48,601 nt of DNA from Chromera velia (taxonomy: Eukaryota): positions 1 to 48,601 of the forward strand of contig JAHBMJ010000411.1 in assembly GCA_018398765.1 (NCBI GenBank), given 5' to 3'. The position numbers and the translations under genes are program-made. Below are positions 12,866-23,319 of the stretch, in pieces. The first letter of the stretch is position 1. The number at the start of each line of letters is the position of its first letter. Below the pieces are notes generated by a model. It had not been told where the DNA came from. It was given only the letters and a program-made list of their open reading frames with translations, and ran no database searches.

Positions 12866-12995
12866 TGCCCGAAAATCTGACAGGCGGGGCCATTGCCGCC
12901 AGGCCTTCATTCCTCGCACGACGAATTTGGGAGAAACCGCTCGATCCGGTTTCTTCACTGAAGCGGGTCCAGGCACTCCTCCATCGCAAGAGAAG

Positions 12996-13546
12996 ATGGC
13001 ACCTAAGGTTCAGAAGTCGAAGGAGCAGAAGGCCGCTGCGGCCGCCGCCGGTGGTCGCTCCAGAAAGAAGGTCGGTTGGAGCACCTGTGACCTTTCCTTA
13101 CTTCTTAGATACATCTCTCCATGAGCATTTATTGGTGCCTTTCCCTGCCTCTTTGTGACTGCAGAAGTGGAGCAAGGGCAAGGTCCGCGAGAAGCTGAAC
13201 AACGCTGTGGGTATGACCAAGCAGGCCTACGAGCGCGGACTTGCGGACATCCCCAAGGCAAAGCTCATCACCCCCGCCGTTGTCTCTGACAGGTAACTTG
13301 AACAGCGAGACTACTCTCTTTCCTCTCCTCTCTTTCCTCATTGGGGTCTCTGTCTGTGTGCTCGGAGCCACCTCTCAACACTCTTTCCTTCTGCCTGTTG
13401 ACGCGTGCTTGCTTGCCTGCAGGCTTAAGGTGAACGGCAGCATTGCCCGTCAGTTCATCAAGCACCTGGAGGTTGAAGGTCACATCCGCAGGGTGGGCGA
13501 CCAGAACCACCACCAGATGATCTACACCCGTGCCACCAACCAGTAA
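12996..13546 (+). CDS. RPS25: 40S ribosomal protein S25 (eS25), 108 aa, 3 exons
   Basis: Exons 12996-13070, 13165-13292, 13423-13546 give [40 protein letters not shown]...[73 protein letters not shown] and IYTRA are eS25 hallmarks, and the GT-AG introns are phase-consistent. Confidence 0.97.
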
Positions 13547-13993
13547 AGCAAAAGACCAATTGAGGAAATTGACTGAAGGCTGTGCGCATAGAGTCAATAA
13601 CAGATCATCCATCAGCCTTCCTGGTGCCACGATAGGTTACAAAGAGCCACACTGAAAAGAGACTGATGGAAAATCCACTCGGGAGCTAGGCTTGGAACGG
13701 ACTCATTCTCGGATGATTCCCTCTGTGTATCTTCCGGTTGGGTTTTCTTGAGGGACAGACAACGCTCGTGTGCCTAAATTGTACTTGATACTTCTATTTC
13801 CATTTGATATTGTGGTTTGATGTGGGGAACTTGTCCCTCCCTCCTTCTCTGTTTATGTATTGCTCCTCCTCTACGAATCTTGTCTCCTTCCCTCTTGTTT
13901 CTTTCCTCTTCTTTCCTGTGCCTCCCGCCCATTCTGGCCTTTTCCTTTTGCCACACCCACTATCCCTCTCTCTCTCTCTCTCTCTCCCTCTCT

Positions 13994-14063
<70 letters not shown>

Positions 14064-15183
14064 GCGCGAATACCCACGGGTGTGGTGGTCCTGTAATTGG
14101 AATTTCCGCCAGTTTGACTGAAGAGTGTGGAGAGTCTCTGAAGACCAGTGGTGAGGCGGAGAATCCAAGCAGCTGTGGAGATTCGAGATTGACCAGCAGA
14201 GAGCGGAATGTACGACAAGAGAAAAAGTGCAGAGGGTGAGTGAAAGGACGGGGAGGCGCTAGAAGAGTAGGGGGAAAAGTGGAGCAGAGAAGTGTTGGAA
14301 TGGAAAGGCAGGAAGTACGACGACCACGAAGCCGATCGAGAGGGAAGGGAGAAGACTCGGAAAAAAACGATGGATGAAAAAGGGTTGGAGATACGGAGCT
14401 AGTTAGGGATAAAGAGAGTGCGCAGAAGAAAGACCAGACCTCGTTCTTTCGGGGGGGAAGGATCGAGCGTACATGAATATGGGGCAACAATAAATGTTCG
14501 AACAGATGGACAGGGTCGCTCGAGGACAGAAAGAGACTTGATGCACAAGGCTGTGTAGGCGAAGAGATGAGGGGGGGACACAGAAAGAAATAGAACGCCT
14601 CAATCAGGCAAAGGGGGAGCGGAGAAATTTCAAGAAACCAAGTGAGGCTCAGCCAGGAGGTTCAAGGTCGAAGGACCACGTTCGCAAGCGCAGGCCGGGA
14701 ACCAGATTTTTGTGGGGGGTGCGCCCTGGATGAGTAACACTTCGATCGATCAACGTGTGTGTCTGGGCGAACGGGGGCTCTTGATGAAGGAAGGAGGATC
14801 GTGGAATTCTGTAGGTAGCGCACTCCCTGAAAAGACTTTCTTCTTTCAAGGTTTTGGGTGAAAAACCTCCTCGGGTCAGTTAATGCGGTTGACACAGTTC
14901 CTTGGTTGCGGCATCTGCAACGCTCAGAAGAAGAATCCCGCTTCTGAGGATCACTCCGGTCATGCTGCCTGCCTTCGCGTTTTTGACCTCCACCCTCCAC
15001 CCCCCATGCACCCCACCAGCCCCCTTTTCCTGAGATTTCCTTCCGAAATCACCCTCTTTCTTTTCAAGTTTCTCTAGAAGTTTCTTTCATAACTGAGACA
15101 TAAGACTGATTCAAGTTTCTTCATATCGTCATCAGAGTCTTATAGTTTTTTAAACTTGTGTTTAACTTGAAGTCTGGTTTTTC

Positions 15184-15552
15184 CTAGGCTCGGATTCAAT
15201 ATATATTATATTTTAGACAAAACGTTAATATAATATAATGTAATATAATATAATATAAACTTAATGTAATATGAGAGGATGAAGATTGGGTTGAAGACCG
15301 GAGATGAGTCAGAGAATGAAGATCCGTCCTACGATCGGTCCTGTAAAATCTGATGATGACGCATCTCTTTGGTTATACGGTTTTTTATCAGGCTTCAGAG
15401 GCAAGTTGCTCTATTTAGATGAATTAAGAGGGGAAAAAAGACAAACACGGGGTGAATTTATATAAATGTTATATCATATTATATTATATTTATATTATTA
15501 TATTAGGGGAACCCTAAAGATATATATATGTATATATTGAATCCAAGCTTAG
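15184..15552. mobile_element. Non-autonomous hAT-like MITE (369 bp)
   Basis: 22-bp TIRs CTAGGCTCGGATTCAATATATA / TATATATTGAATCCAAGCTTAG (2 transition mismatches), with AT-rich subterminal (ATATA)n repeats. A perfect 8-bp TSD GGTTTTTC lies at 15176-15183 and 15553-15560; 8-bp TSDs are typical of hAT. Confidence 0.85.
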
Positions 15553-15561
15553 GGTTTTTCT

Positions 15562-17404
15562 TAATGACCAGGTTTGATTTGATAGATTTGAATTTGATTT
15601 GATTTGATTTGGGGTTAAGGCTCTAGATTTGCAAATCTAGGCGGATTTAAGGTTAGATTTAAGGTTAAACTTCCTAGTAAACTTCATAGGTTCCCTAATA
15701 TGCGACTCAGGATGGTGTGAGCTCTCCTAGTTTTTACCAATAACAACTCACAATTTTAGGTTTTTGACTGACTTTGAAGAAATGATTCGATTTGAAACAA
15801 CTTTGAAGCCTAGTTTGAAGCATTTTTTTTAAAAAAATGGTGGAACACTTTATTTTGTTAAGATGTGTTTTTATTTGTTATACTTACTTACTTAATTGTG
15901 GTTAAGCTTAAGGTCTTCGAGACCAGAGACAAATGACAACCCATGTACGTATGTAGTTTTAAACAAAAGGAGCAAGCCGCCGCAGCTTAGCCTGCTTCCA
16001 CATGAATATGAACAACTATGACCCTGCACAGCCTAGACTGGAGCTAAAGGCTGAACAACCACACAAAACGCACATGTACTCATTTCAAAGAAGCTTCGAT
16101 CAGTGCACTTGCCTTCTTCGGCTCCCGGTCCAAAATGAATGAAACGAGCTCTCTTATATATGTCTCTTCCTAGGTCTCTTCTTCCCCGATATTACCTCTT
16201 CCCCAAGCTGCAGTAGTCCATCTAGCTCTACAGATCTTTTCATCGATTCCTGTTCTCTCTTTCACTCTCTCTGCCAGTAAGTGAAGTTTGGATCTAAGCT
16301 GCTCTGTTCGCACGCATGCAGACATTGTCAATCGATGCACCGCATCGTTGATCACTTTTTTACCTTTAACTGCAGGATGGTGAACATAGTGTTCTTCGCA
16401 GGATCCACCGTGTCTCTTTCCGATACCAGCATATACCCGAAGGAGAAAGGTGAAAGAAGAACTACCAGATAAGAGAGAGGGAGGCAGACTACGCATTTGA
16501 ACTATGTAACCCCACCCCCTTCCAACCCAGGGCCTCCCCCCTAAAAACAATATGATAAGACGCTGGTGTGATCAGTTCTCTATCTAAAAATTACTCAGTT
16601 GGGAGCTATGTGGATAGATACCACATGAACGGGCGAGCCTATGCTCATCGACGGGTCTTAAAGTTAACCATTCAAACAACCATTCTGAGGCTTCCATTTC
16701 CCTCACTTTCTGCCTGAGTGTCCATCTATTCGTTTCGTTTCTCCCTCTCTGGCTTTCTTTTCTCAAAAGATCTGGTACGATTATTTGAAGCATGCAACTG
16801 GCTGAATTAGACTATGCCGGGGTCAGCGATCTGTGTAATGCACCCGAAACTGCCCAAGGAACCTCGAAGTCCCTTTCTGTTCTTTTTATGCTTTCTATGA
16901 AACCCCCCAACCAATAACAAAGGATCTCTCTCATGGGATGCATAGTACCAACCAAAACTAAAGTTGGCACTTTAAAAGAGTTATAGGGCAAACCGAATGT
17001 CCAGCGCACAAATCAAAGCTGCAATGCATCAAGTACTACGATATCTCTCTGACTTACCGGTAAGACTTCCAGTGAGTACGTTGTTACCGGCTCCCAGAGC
17101 GCTTGCAGTAAACGAACTTTACATTGAGAAGGTAAAAGACCTTTAAAAGGATGAACAAGTGTCCATCACTGCCTCCAAACAGCGTTCAGCACTTTCATGC
17201 CTTTGTAATAACTAAAACGGGGAGTCTGGGGATGTCTGGGAGGCAGACTCTGAGCCCTTCAACGCACAGATTTGAGGTTAAAAGTCAGATTTGAGGTGGA
17301 TTTGATGTAGATTTGATAGTACGGTGTCAGAGTAAGCCCCACCAGACCTGCAGATTTGATTTGAGGTTAAGCACAACCTCAAATCAAATCAAACCTAGTC
17401 ACTA
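15562..17404. mobile_element. TIR-bounded element with GATTTGA subterminal repeats, carrying a LINE fragment
   Basis: TAATGACCAGGTTTGATTTGAT (15562-15583) is the reverse complement of ATCAAATCAAACCTAGTCACTA (17383-17404) at 20/22. GATTTGA/GATTT(G/A)AGGTTA repeats occur near both ends. No clear TSD. Confidence 0.65.
15950..17215 (-). mobile_element. Decayed 5'-truncated non-LTR retrotransposon (LINE ORF2, region C-terminal to the RT core)
   Basis: The minus frame reads KVRLLQALWEPVTTYSLEVLPVSQRDIVVLDALQL*FVRWTFGLPYNSFKVPTLVLVG. This matches the K-x-x-L-x-x-x-x-x-P-x-x-x-Y-x-x-E...L-x-x-x-Q-x-x-x-x-R-x-x-x-G-x-P pattern that follows LINE RT domains. It has several in-frame stops, and no YADD core is present. 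Confidence 0.6.
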
Positions 17405-18856
17405 GATTCTAAACTTTTTCTAGTGGTTTTTATACGTTGCAGCCTGTAGCAGCCTTAAAAAAAAATATGAACAGACTTAACAGAGTTTTTTTGTGTGTGG
17501 CTAACTTTTTATAACTGAAGATTCTGAACCTTTTGAACTAGCTTTTGAACAGTTAATAGTAGTTGATAGTCTAGTTTACAATATTTGTAGTAATTTTGTA
17601 CGTACACCCTCTAAAGGATTCGGATCAATGTCCGGAGGATTGGTTTCCTGCCCCAATGCTGAATGTCCGACGTGCGGCTTCTAGGGAAAGCGCCTAGACG
17701 CATCAGACCTCCCTGGCCAGCCCACACAGGTCTAGCCTATGCTGCAAACGGATCATATTGAACAATCAATCACCTACGTGTGTATGCGAGAGGGCTCACT
17801 CCATTCCAAAGTAGGGTTTGAAAGGGAACAATCCCAGAATTGCAGATGAACGGCTCAAAGCGAGTTCCAAAACCTCCCAGCATCCCATCTTTCTCCTTTT
17901 TCCCTCTTCTTTTACTTCCTCTGTATCAGTGACACTCCACACCTTTTCATACTCTTTAATTCTAAAAACTCCTAATTCTTAGTATGTAATCCTAATTATA
18001 ACCTCTATACAAAGGTGTTTAGTCACTTGTGATTAGAACATATTCAATTATCTTATGAAGTGATTGAATGTGATTGAATAAAGTGATTAATTAGCCAAAG
18101 TCCGATTCTTACTAGTCTTTAATACTTAGCTTTGGTCATTCTAACAGTGTCTGTTTTTTTTTACCTACGTTATAAAAATATATGTTAAATTGTGCTAGAT
18201 GTTGTGGAAGTAGTCTAAAGGCTTGTACACGTCCAGTGCAAGACGTACGCGCTATATGTATGCATGCATGGGGCCTAACTCTTACCAGCTGTGCAGTGCA
18301 GCCCGCGAGCATGTATACACGATCGATCGAATGCTTACATTAAATATAGCGCGGCGAGCTATGTATGCATTCGAAGCCGAACAGCCGTTGTACATATTGC
18401 ATCATAAATCGGGTTCTAGATCGGGTCTTCATGCATGGGTTTCAAACAGAAGGTAAGATGTAAACTTGAAGTCACAATAAGCCATGATACCATCATGATA
18501 CCAGATGACTAAGGTCTGATATATTCAGACGATTCACTCTATAGTTGAAAATGCGTCAGTTGGACGTACAAGACTTCTTCAAAGCCGTTCAACCACCGCC
18601 TGACAAACCTGTAGAATCGTATACATGCAATTCCTGTGAGGTGACAGCCAAAAGCAGCAGAGGGACATCCATACAATCTTTGGACTCACTTTTGAAACTG
18701 TAAAAAGAAGACAGAAGAAATCGAAAAAACAATTGCCCCGCATTAATTCGTTTGAGAATATATTCCTGAATCCTGAATATATTCCTAAGACCTCCCTGAA
18801 CCAAACTACCACTTGAAAGTTTAAGCCACATTTTTGGATAAACTTGAAAGTCCGCG

Positions 18857-18985
18857 CCGCAGGCGCAGATCATTTACGGTGTCTTGAAATCCAAAGCCGC
18901 ATATCTGGACGGTATCTTGAACATTTACGCCGCAGGCGTGGACGGTCTCTTGAAAAACAATGCCGCAGAGAGAGATCATCTTGAT
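18857..18985. repeat. Degenerate ~33-bp minisatellite (4 units)
   Basis: Units begin CCGCA and contain (G)ACGGT.TCTTGA: ...TACGGTGTCTTGAAA, GGACGGTATCTTGAAC, GGACGGTCTCTTGAAA, GATCATCTTGATC. Confidence 0.6.
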
Positions 18986-19759
18986 CATATTTTTTTAAGT
19001 GGGAGTTAGGTTCAGGGAGGTTATTCCTGAATAGTATATTACTTTTGCAGTGAGTAACTAGTGAACAAATATATTCCATGATTAAACATCTTTGCCTCTA
19101 CAAGATAAAACGGCGACAGTGCCCACTACTGAAGGGCACCAATAAATCACTTATCACTTATCACTTCTAGTATCACTTATTCTAATCCTAGAATAAATCG
19201 GATATAGTCCTAGGTATAGTTCCAAAGTGGTCCGAAGCTAGTTTGATATTGGATGTACGTCTAAATCTAAAACTAGGCGATCAATCGTCAAAAACTTTAT
19301 CCAATTTATTAAGGTAAGTTCTTTGATCTACCTTAGGCAACCATGTCAACTTTCTTCATCAACTCCCTAGCCAACTCCTGCCCCGTGCAAAATACAGCAA
19401 GAAACGAAAGAGACCTGGATAGAGAAAAGATTTTGCTGTAATCGGCTCAATCTCTCTTCTATGAAGAAGCCCAAAGTTCCAATCTTAGTTCCTTGCAAAG
19501 GGTGATTCTTCCGGGAGTCACTGGGCTCTGGACGGAAAGAAAAAAGAAGGCAGGCCTATGCCTGGCCTGCAAGACAAACAGATACAAGAGAAGATGAAGA
19601 AGATAAGGAAACGCGTGTTCGACACATGCCACAAGAAGCAAAAAAGCAGCAGCCACATTTTTGAACTGGGACACTGTGAATTGTTTGACCATCTTCAGAC
19701 CAGTGCCGCAAAACCCAGCCGGGCAGCGGAAGGAACCAGATGCAGCACTCAGAATGACC

Positions 19760-20407
19760 CGACTCTCTCTGTGTGCTTTTATCTTTCTCTCACTTCTCTC
19801 TCCCCCTCCTCTTCTCTCTGTCTTTCTGTCTCTTTCATCTCCTTTCTCTCTTATTTTCTGCGAGCGCGCGCTCACACACTCACACGACCTAACGTTCTCC
19901 TTTCTTCCTTCCCTCCGTTCCCCCGGTTTCTTCTTTCTGCTTTTCTTTGTTTTGTTTGCTTTTCTCCATACCTCTCTCACTCGCGCTTATTTTTTCTTCT
20001 CTTCTTTCCGTCTTTGCATCGCTTCCCTCCTTCGCTTCCTCGTTCGTTCTTTCTTTCCTTCCTTTGTTCTTTCTTTCTTCCATCCTTCCGTCCGTCCGTC
20101 CTTTCTTTCTTTCTTTCTCTCTCTCTCTCTCTCTCTCTTCTCTCTTTCTTCCTTACTTCCTCCCCTCCTTCCTTTCTTTCTTTCTTCCTTTCTTTCTTTC
20201 GTTTTTTCTTTCTTTCTTTCTGTCTTTTTCATTTCTGTGTATATGTGTGTGTGTTTGTGGGTGTGCAGAAATGCCAAATGGACTTCTACGCTCTTGTAGG
20301 CGGCAGCGAGAATTGCTTGACCTGTGCTTCTTTCTTTCCTTCTGTCTTTCTTTCTCTCTTCCTTCCTTTTTTCCTTCATTCCTTTCTTCCTTCCGTCCTT
20401 TGTTCTT

Positions 20408-20466
<59 letters not shown>

Positions 20467-20856
20467 GCCTTCCTTCTTTCCTTTCATTCATTCATTCTTT
20501 CTTTCTTTCTTTCTTTCTTCCTTCCTTTGTTCCATCTTTCCTTCCTTCCTTCCTTTCTCTCCTCTCGTTCATTCTGCGATTCATTGATTTATTCTTTCTT
20601 CCTTTCTTTCTATTTCTTTTTCTTTCTTTTCTGTTCTGTCTCTCTGAGTGTCTGTCTTTCTTTCTCTCTTCCTTCCATGCTTTCATCTTTTCTTTTGTTA
20701 GTTTCCACTTTTCCTTCATCTAAATTGCTTATCTTTTTCTTTCTTTCTTTCTTTCTTTCTTTCTTTGCTTGCTTCCTTCCTTCCTTCCTTTCGTTCTTCC
20801 TTCCTTCCTTCCTTCCTTTCTTTTTTTCTTTCTTTCTTTCTTTCTTTCTTTTTTTC

Positions 20857-20904
<48 letters not shown>

Positions 20905-20930
20905 CTTCTCCCTGCTCTCTCTCTCGCTCC
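19760..20930. repeat. Long polypyrimidine low-complexity tract (CT/CTTT/CCTT)
   Basis: About 1.2 kb of nearly pure C/T simple repeats, which creates spurious F/L/S-rich ORFs. Confidence 0.9.
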
Positions 20931-21855
20931 CTGTGTGCTCACAACCCATGCACCGACCGACCGAGGAGAAGCCCTGGCTTGGAGGGATCCGTGGATGTCC
21001 CCTGGCTGATCAGCACTTTGTCGACCTCATCGTCCTGTTGGGTGGCATGTGGCAGTCAGACAGTCAGTCAGGCAGGCAGGCCGACTGACTGAGCGCCTCG
21101 ATCAGACAGTCATATTCGTCTTCTTCTTCCGTTTGAAACACTCAAAAGCTCTTCCTCGTCTCGTCTTCCTTGCTTCATTCGTTTTCCTTCCTTCTTTCCT
21201 CCCTCCAAATGCTGCCGGGTCTGTTTGTGCTGGCCATTCTTCATCCATCCATGTCCCGTTGTGCCTGCTTGACTTGGGCATTCACTCAGAGTCATCCTCT
21301 CTTGTGTGAGTGTGTGTGTGTGTATCTGTGTGTGTGTGTGGAGACTCACCGATGCATCAAGGGAGAGATGGACTGGTCACAGGAAGGATGCACCGCCTCT
21401 CTCTTTCTTCCCGGCGCCTCTCGACCTTTCTCTACTTCATTCAAAAACCGAGCGGAATGCAAAGTCAAAGAGACAAGCGGACAGGCAGCCAGGCAAAGGA
21501 AGCACGAAGCTAGGCACAAACTGTGCAGATCAGTCACCTAACTGACTGACTGGCTGAGTGACTGACCAGCATGCGCTCATTGAGCCACTGGAATCTCTCG
21601 GAGAGAATTTCGTTTTTGGCGAGTTTGTTGAACCTCCGGTGCCAGTAGGCAGACTGCTTGCATGCAGATCGGAGAAAGGATTTCGATCGAGGGTTTTAAG
21701 CAAGGTAAGAGGTCTTTCTGCTTTTTGTTTCAGACTCGTGGTTTTACTCTCAGCGGTCAGGGACACGAAGGGGAGGGGCGAACCGGAGGGAGAGAGGGCA
21801 CTGTAACTCTGCATGAATTCTGACCAATCGATTCATCAGCGGGCCGAAAAAAGAG

Positions 21856-21887
<32 letters not shown>

Positions 21888-22004
21888 NNNNNNNNNNNNN
21901 NNNNNNNNNNNNNNNNNNNNNNNNNNNNNNNNNNNNNNNNNNNNNNNNNNNNNNNNNNNNNNNNNNNNNNNNNNNNNNNNNNNNNNNNNNNNNNNNNNNN
22001 NNNN
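21888..22004. other. Assembly gap (N run) inside a (CT)n microsatellite
   Basis: 117 N characters flanked by (CT)n. Confidence 0.99.
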
Positions 22005-23319
22005 TCTCTCTCTCACACACATCAACTGAAGAGATGGCGCATGAATACGGGCGCAAAAGATCATCATTTGAGGTGCGTCTCTGCGGACAGAGTAAGCATC
22101 TCTGGGAAGATCGTGGGAAGGAATGGAGAAAAAAAGAACCCCCCGGAATTTGAAGGTGTGGTGCCCGAGACGGGAATAATCTGCCGACCTTCAAATAGGA
22201 GTAAACGAAAGGAATTGCCGCGACCGCAAGCACGCTTGTCCCCACTTTAAGCCTGCACAGAAGCCAAATGCCATTGATGTGCACAGACTCGCGCAGCGAC
22301 ATACACAGACGCAGTTGTGAGGGACCATTTATTGCTAGTGACACCCTTTTATGTATCCACGGGGTGATTGGGACCCCAACATTCCCATCCCTTCCACTTG
22401 ATTGCATTGCAATTGGATCGGCGCTCTGAGTAAAAACGGTGAAAAAGAATCGCATGCACGTACTCACATCGCTGCTTCCTTCGAGCCGGCACTGCTGGCA
22501 GCACCAGCGGCCGCACTCGACCTCAGGGCTCTCGACAAGCGGAGGAGGGACATCTGCCTCGTTGACGGTGCAAGGACGGAAGTACCAGGAAAGCAAAATG
22601 CGCCCTGACACACCAAACAAATACCAGGAAAGCTCGGACCTCACAAAGAACAAGGAGCGGATTGCCCTTGGGAGGCAGACCAGCTGATCGTCGGACTGTA
22701 GCGGAGGGAGCGAATATCGCGATCCGAAAAAAGACGCGTGGCACCCTTGAGAGCCGCGATATATTAATATTAGTTGTGGAAGCAAAACCTGACAAGTGCG
22801 CCAGGTGGTTTTTGACCGCGAAGGGCTATATGAGACTCACTCAGTGACTCATCGAATGCCTCAGCGACTGTGCCTTCGCGTCTTGTCACAGGGAATCTGA
22901 TCATTTTGTGTGCGAGACGCCCAAGTTTTGTATATATTAATAGTTTTGTTCGGCCTACGACCGTCGGCACGCAGGAGGGTTGGCAGCGGGCCGCGCGGGC
23001 GCGCGGCGGCGGCGCGCAATGCGTGCATGAATTAAACCCCGCAACTTGTACGCAACATGTTGCAACTTGCAACATCTTGCAACGTCACTATATCGATATG
23101 GCTGTAGCCAGTTAAGTTCCAATGTGACTTCTTCAATGCACAGTCCCATGTGCACTCCAAAGAGCCTCAAGAGTCTTGAGACAAGGGCATCCTGACGTGC
23201 GTTTCTATGCTTGCTGTGTACTTGTTGAAACCAAAGGAAAAAATTACGGTCACTGCGAGACACCTTTTCAACTCAATGGTAAAGAAGTGTATAATCACAT
23301 CAATAGACTACCACACACA

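Noticed and set aside
14400..15170. Possible decayed gag-like or other coding remnant
   Set aside because: All frames have stops and no diagnostic motif, so it cannot be assigned.
18857..18985. CRISPR-like repeat-spacer array
   Set aside because: The units are degenerate tandem repeats without unique spacers, no cas genes are present, and the context is eukaryotic.
19558..21009. 483-aa ORF and overlapping F/L/S-rich or K/E/R-rich ORFs
   Set aside because: Produced by stop-free CT/CTTT microsatellite. Short unique segments may be exons of a decayed gene, but I could not build a consistent model.
21757..22785. 342-aa minus-strand ORF
   Set aside because: Spans an N gap and a microsatellite, and has no recognisable motifs.
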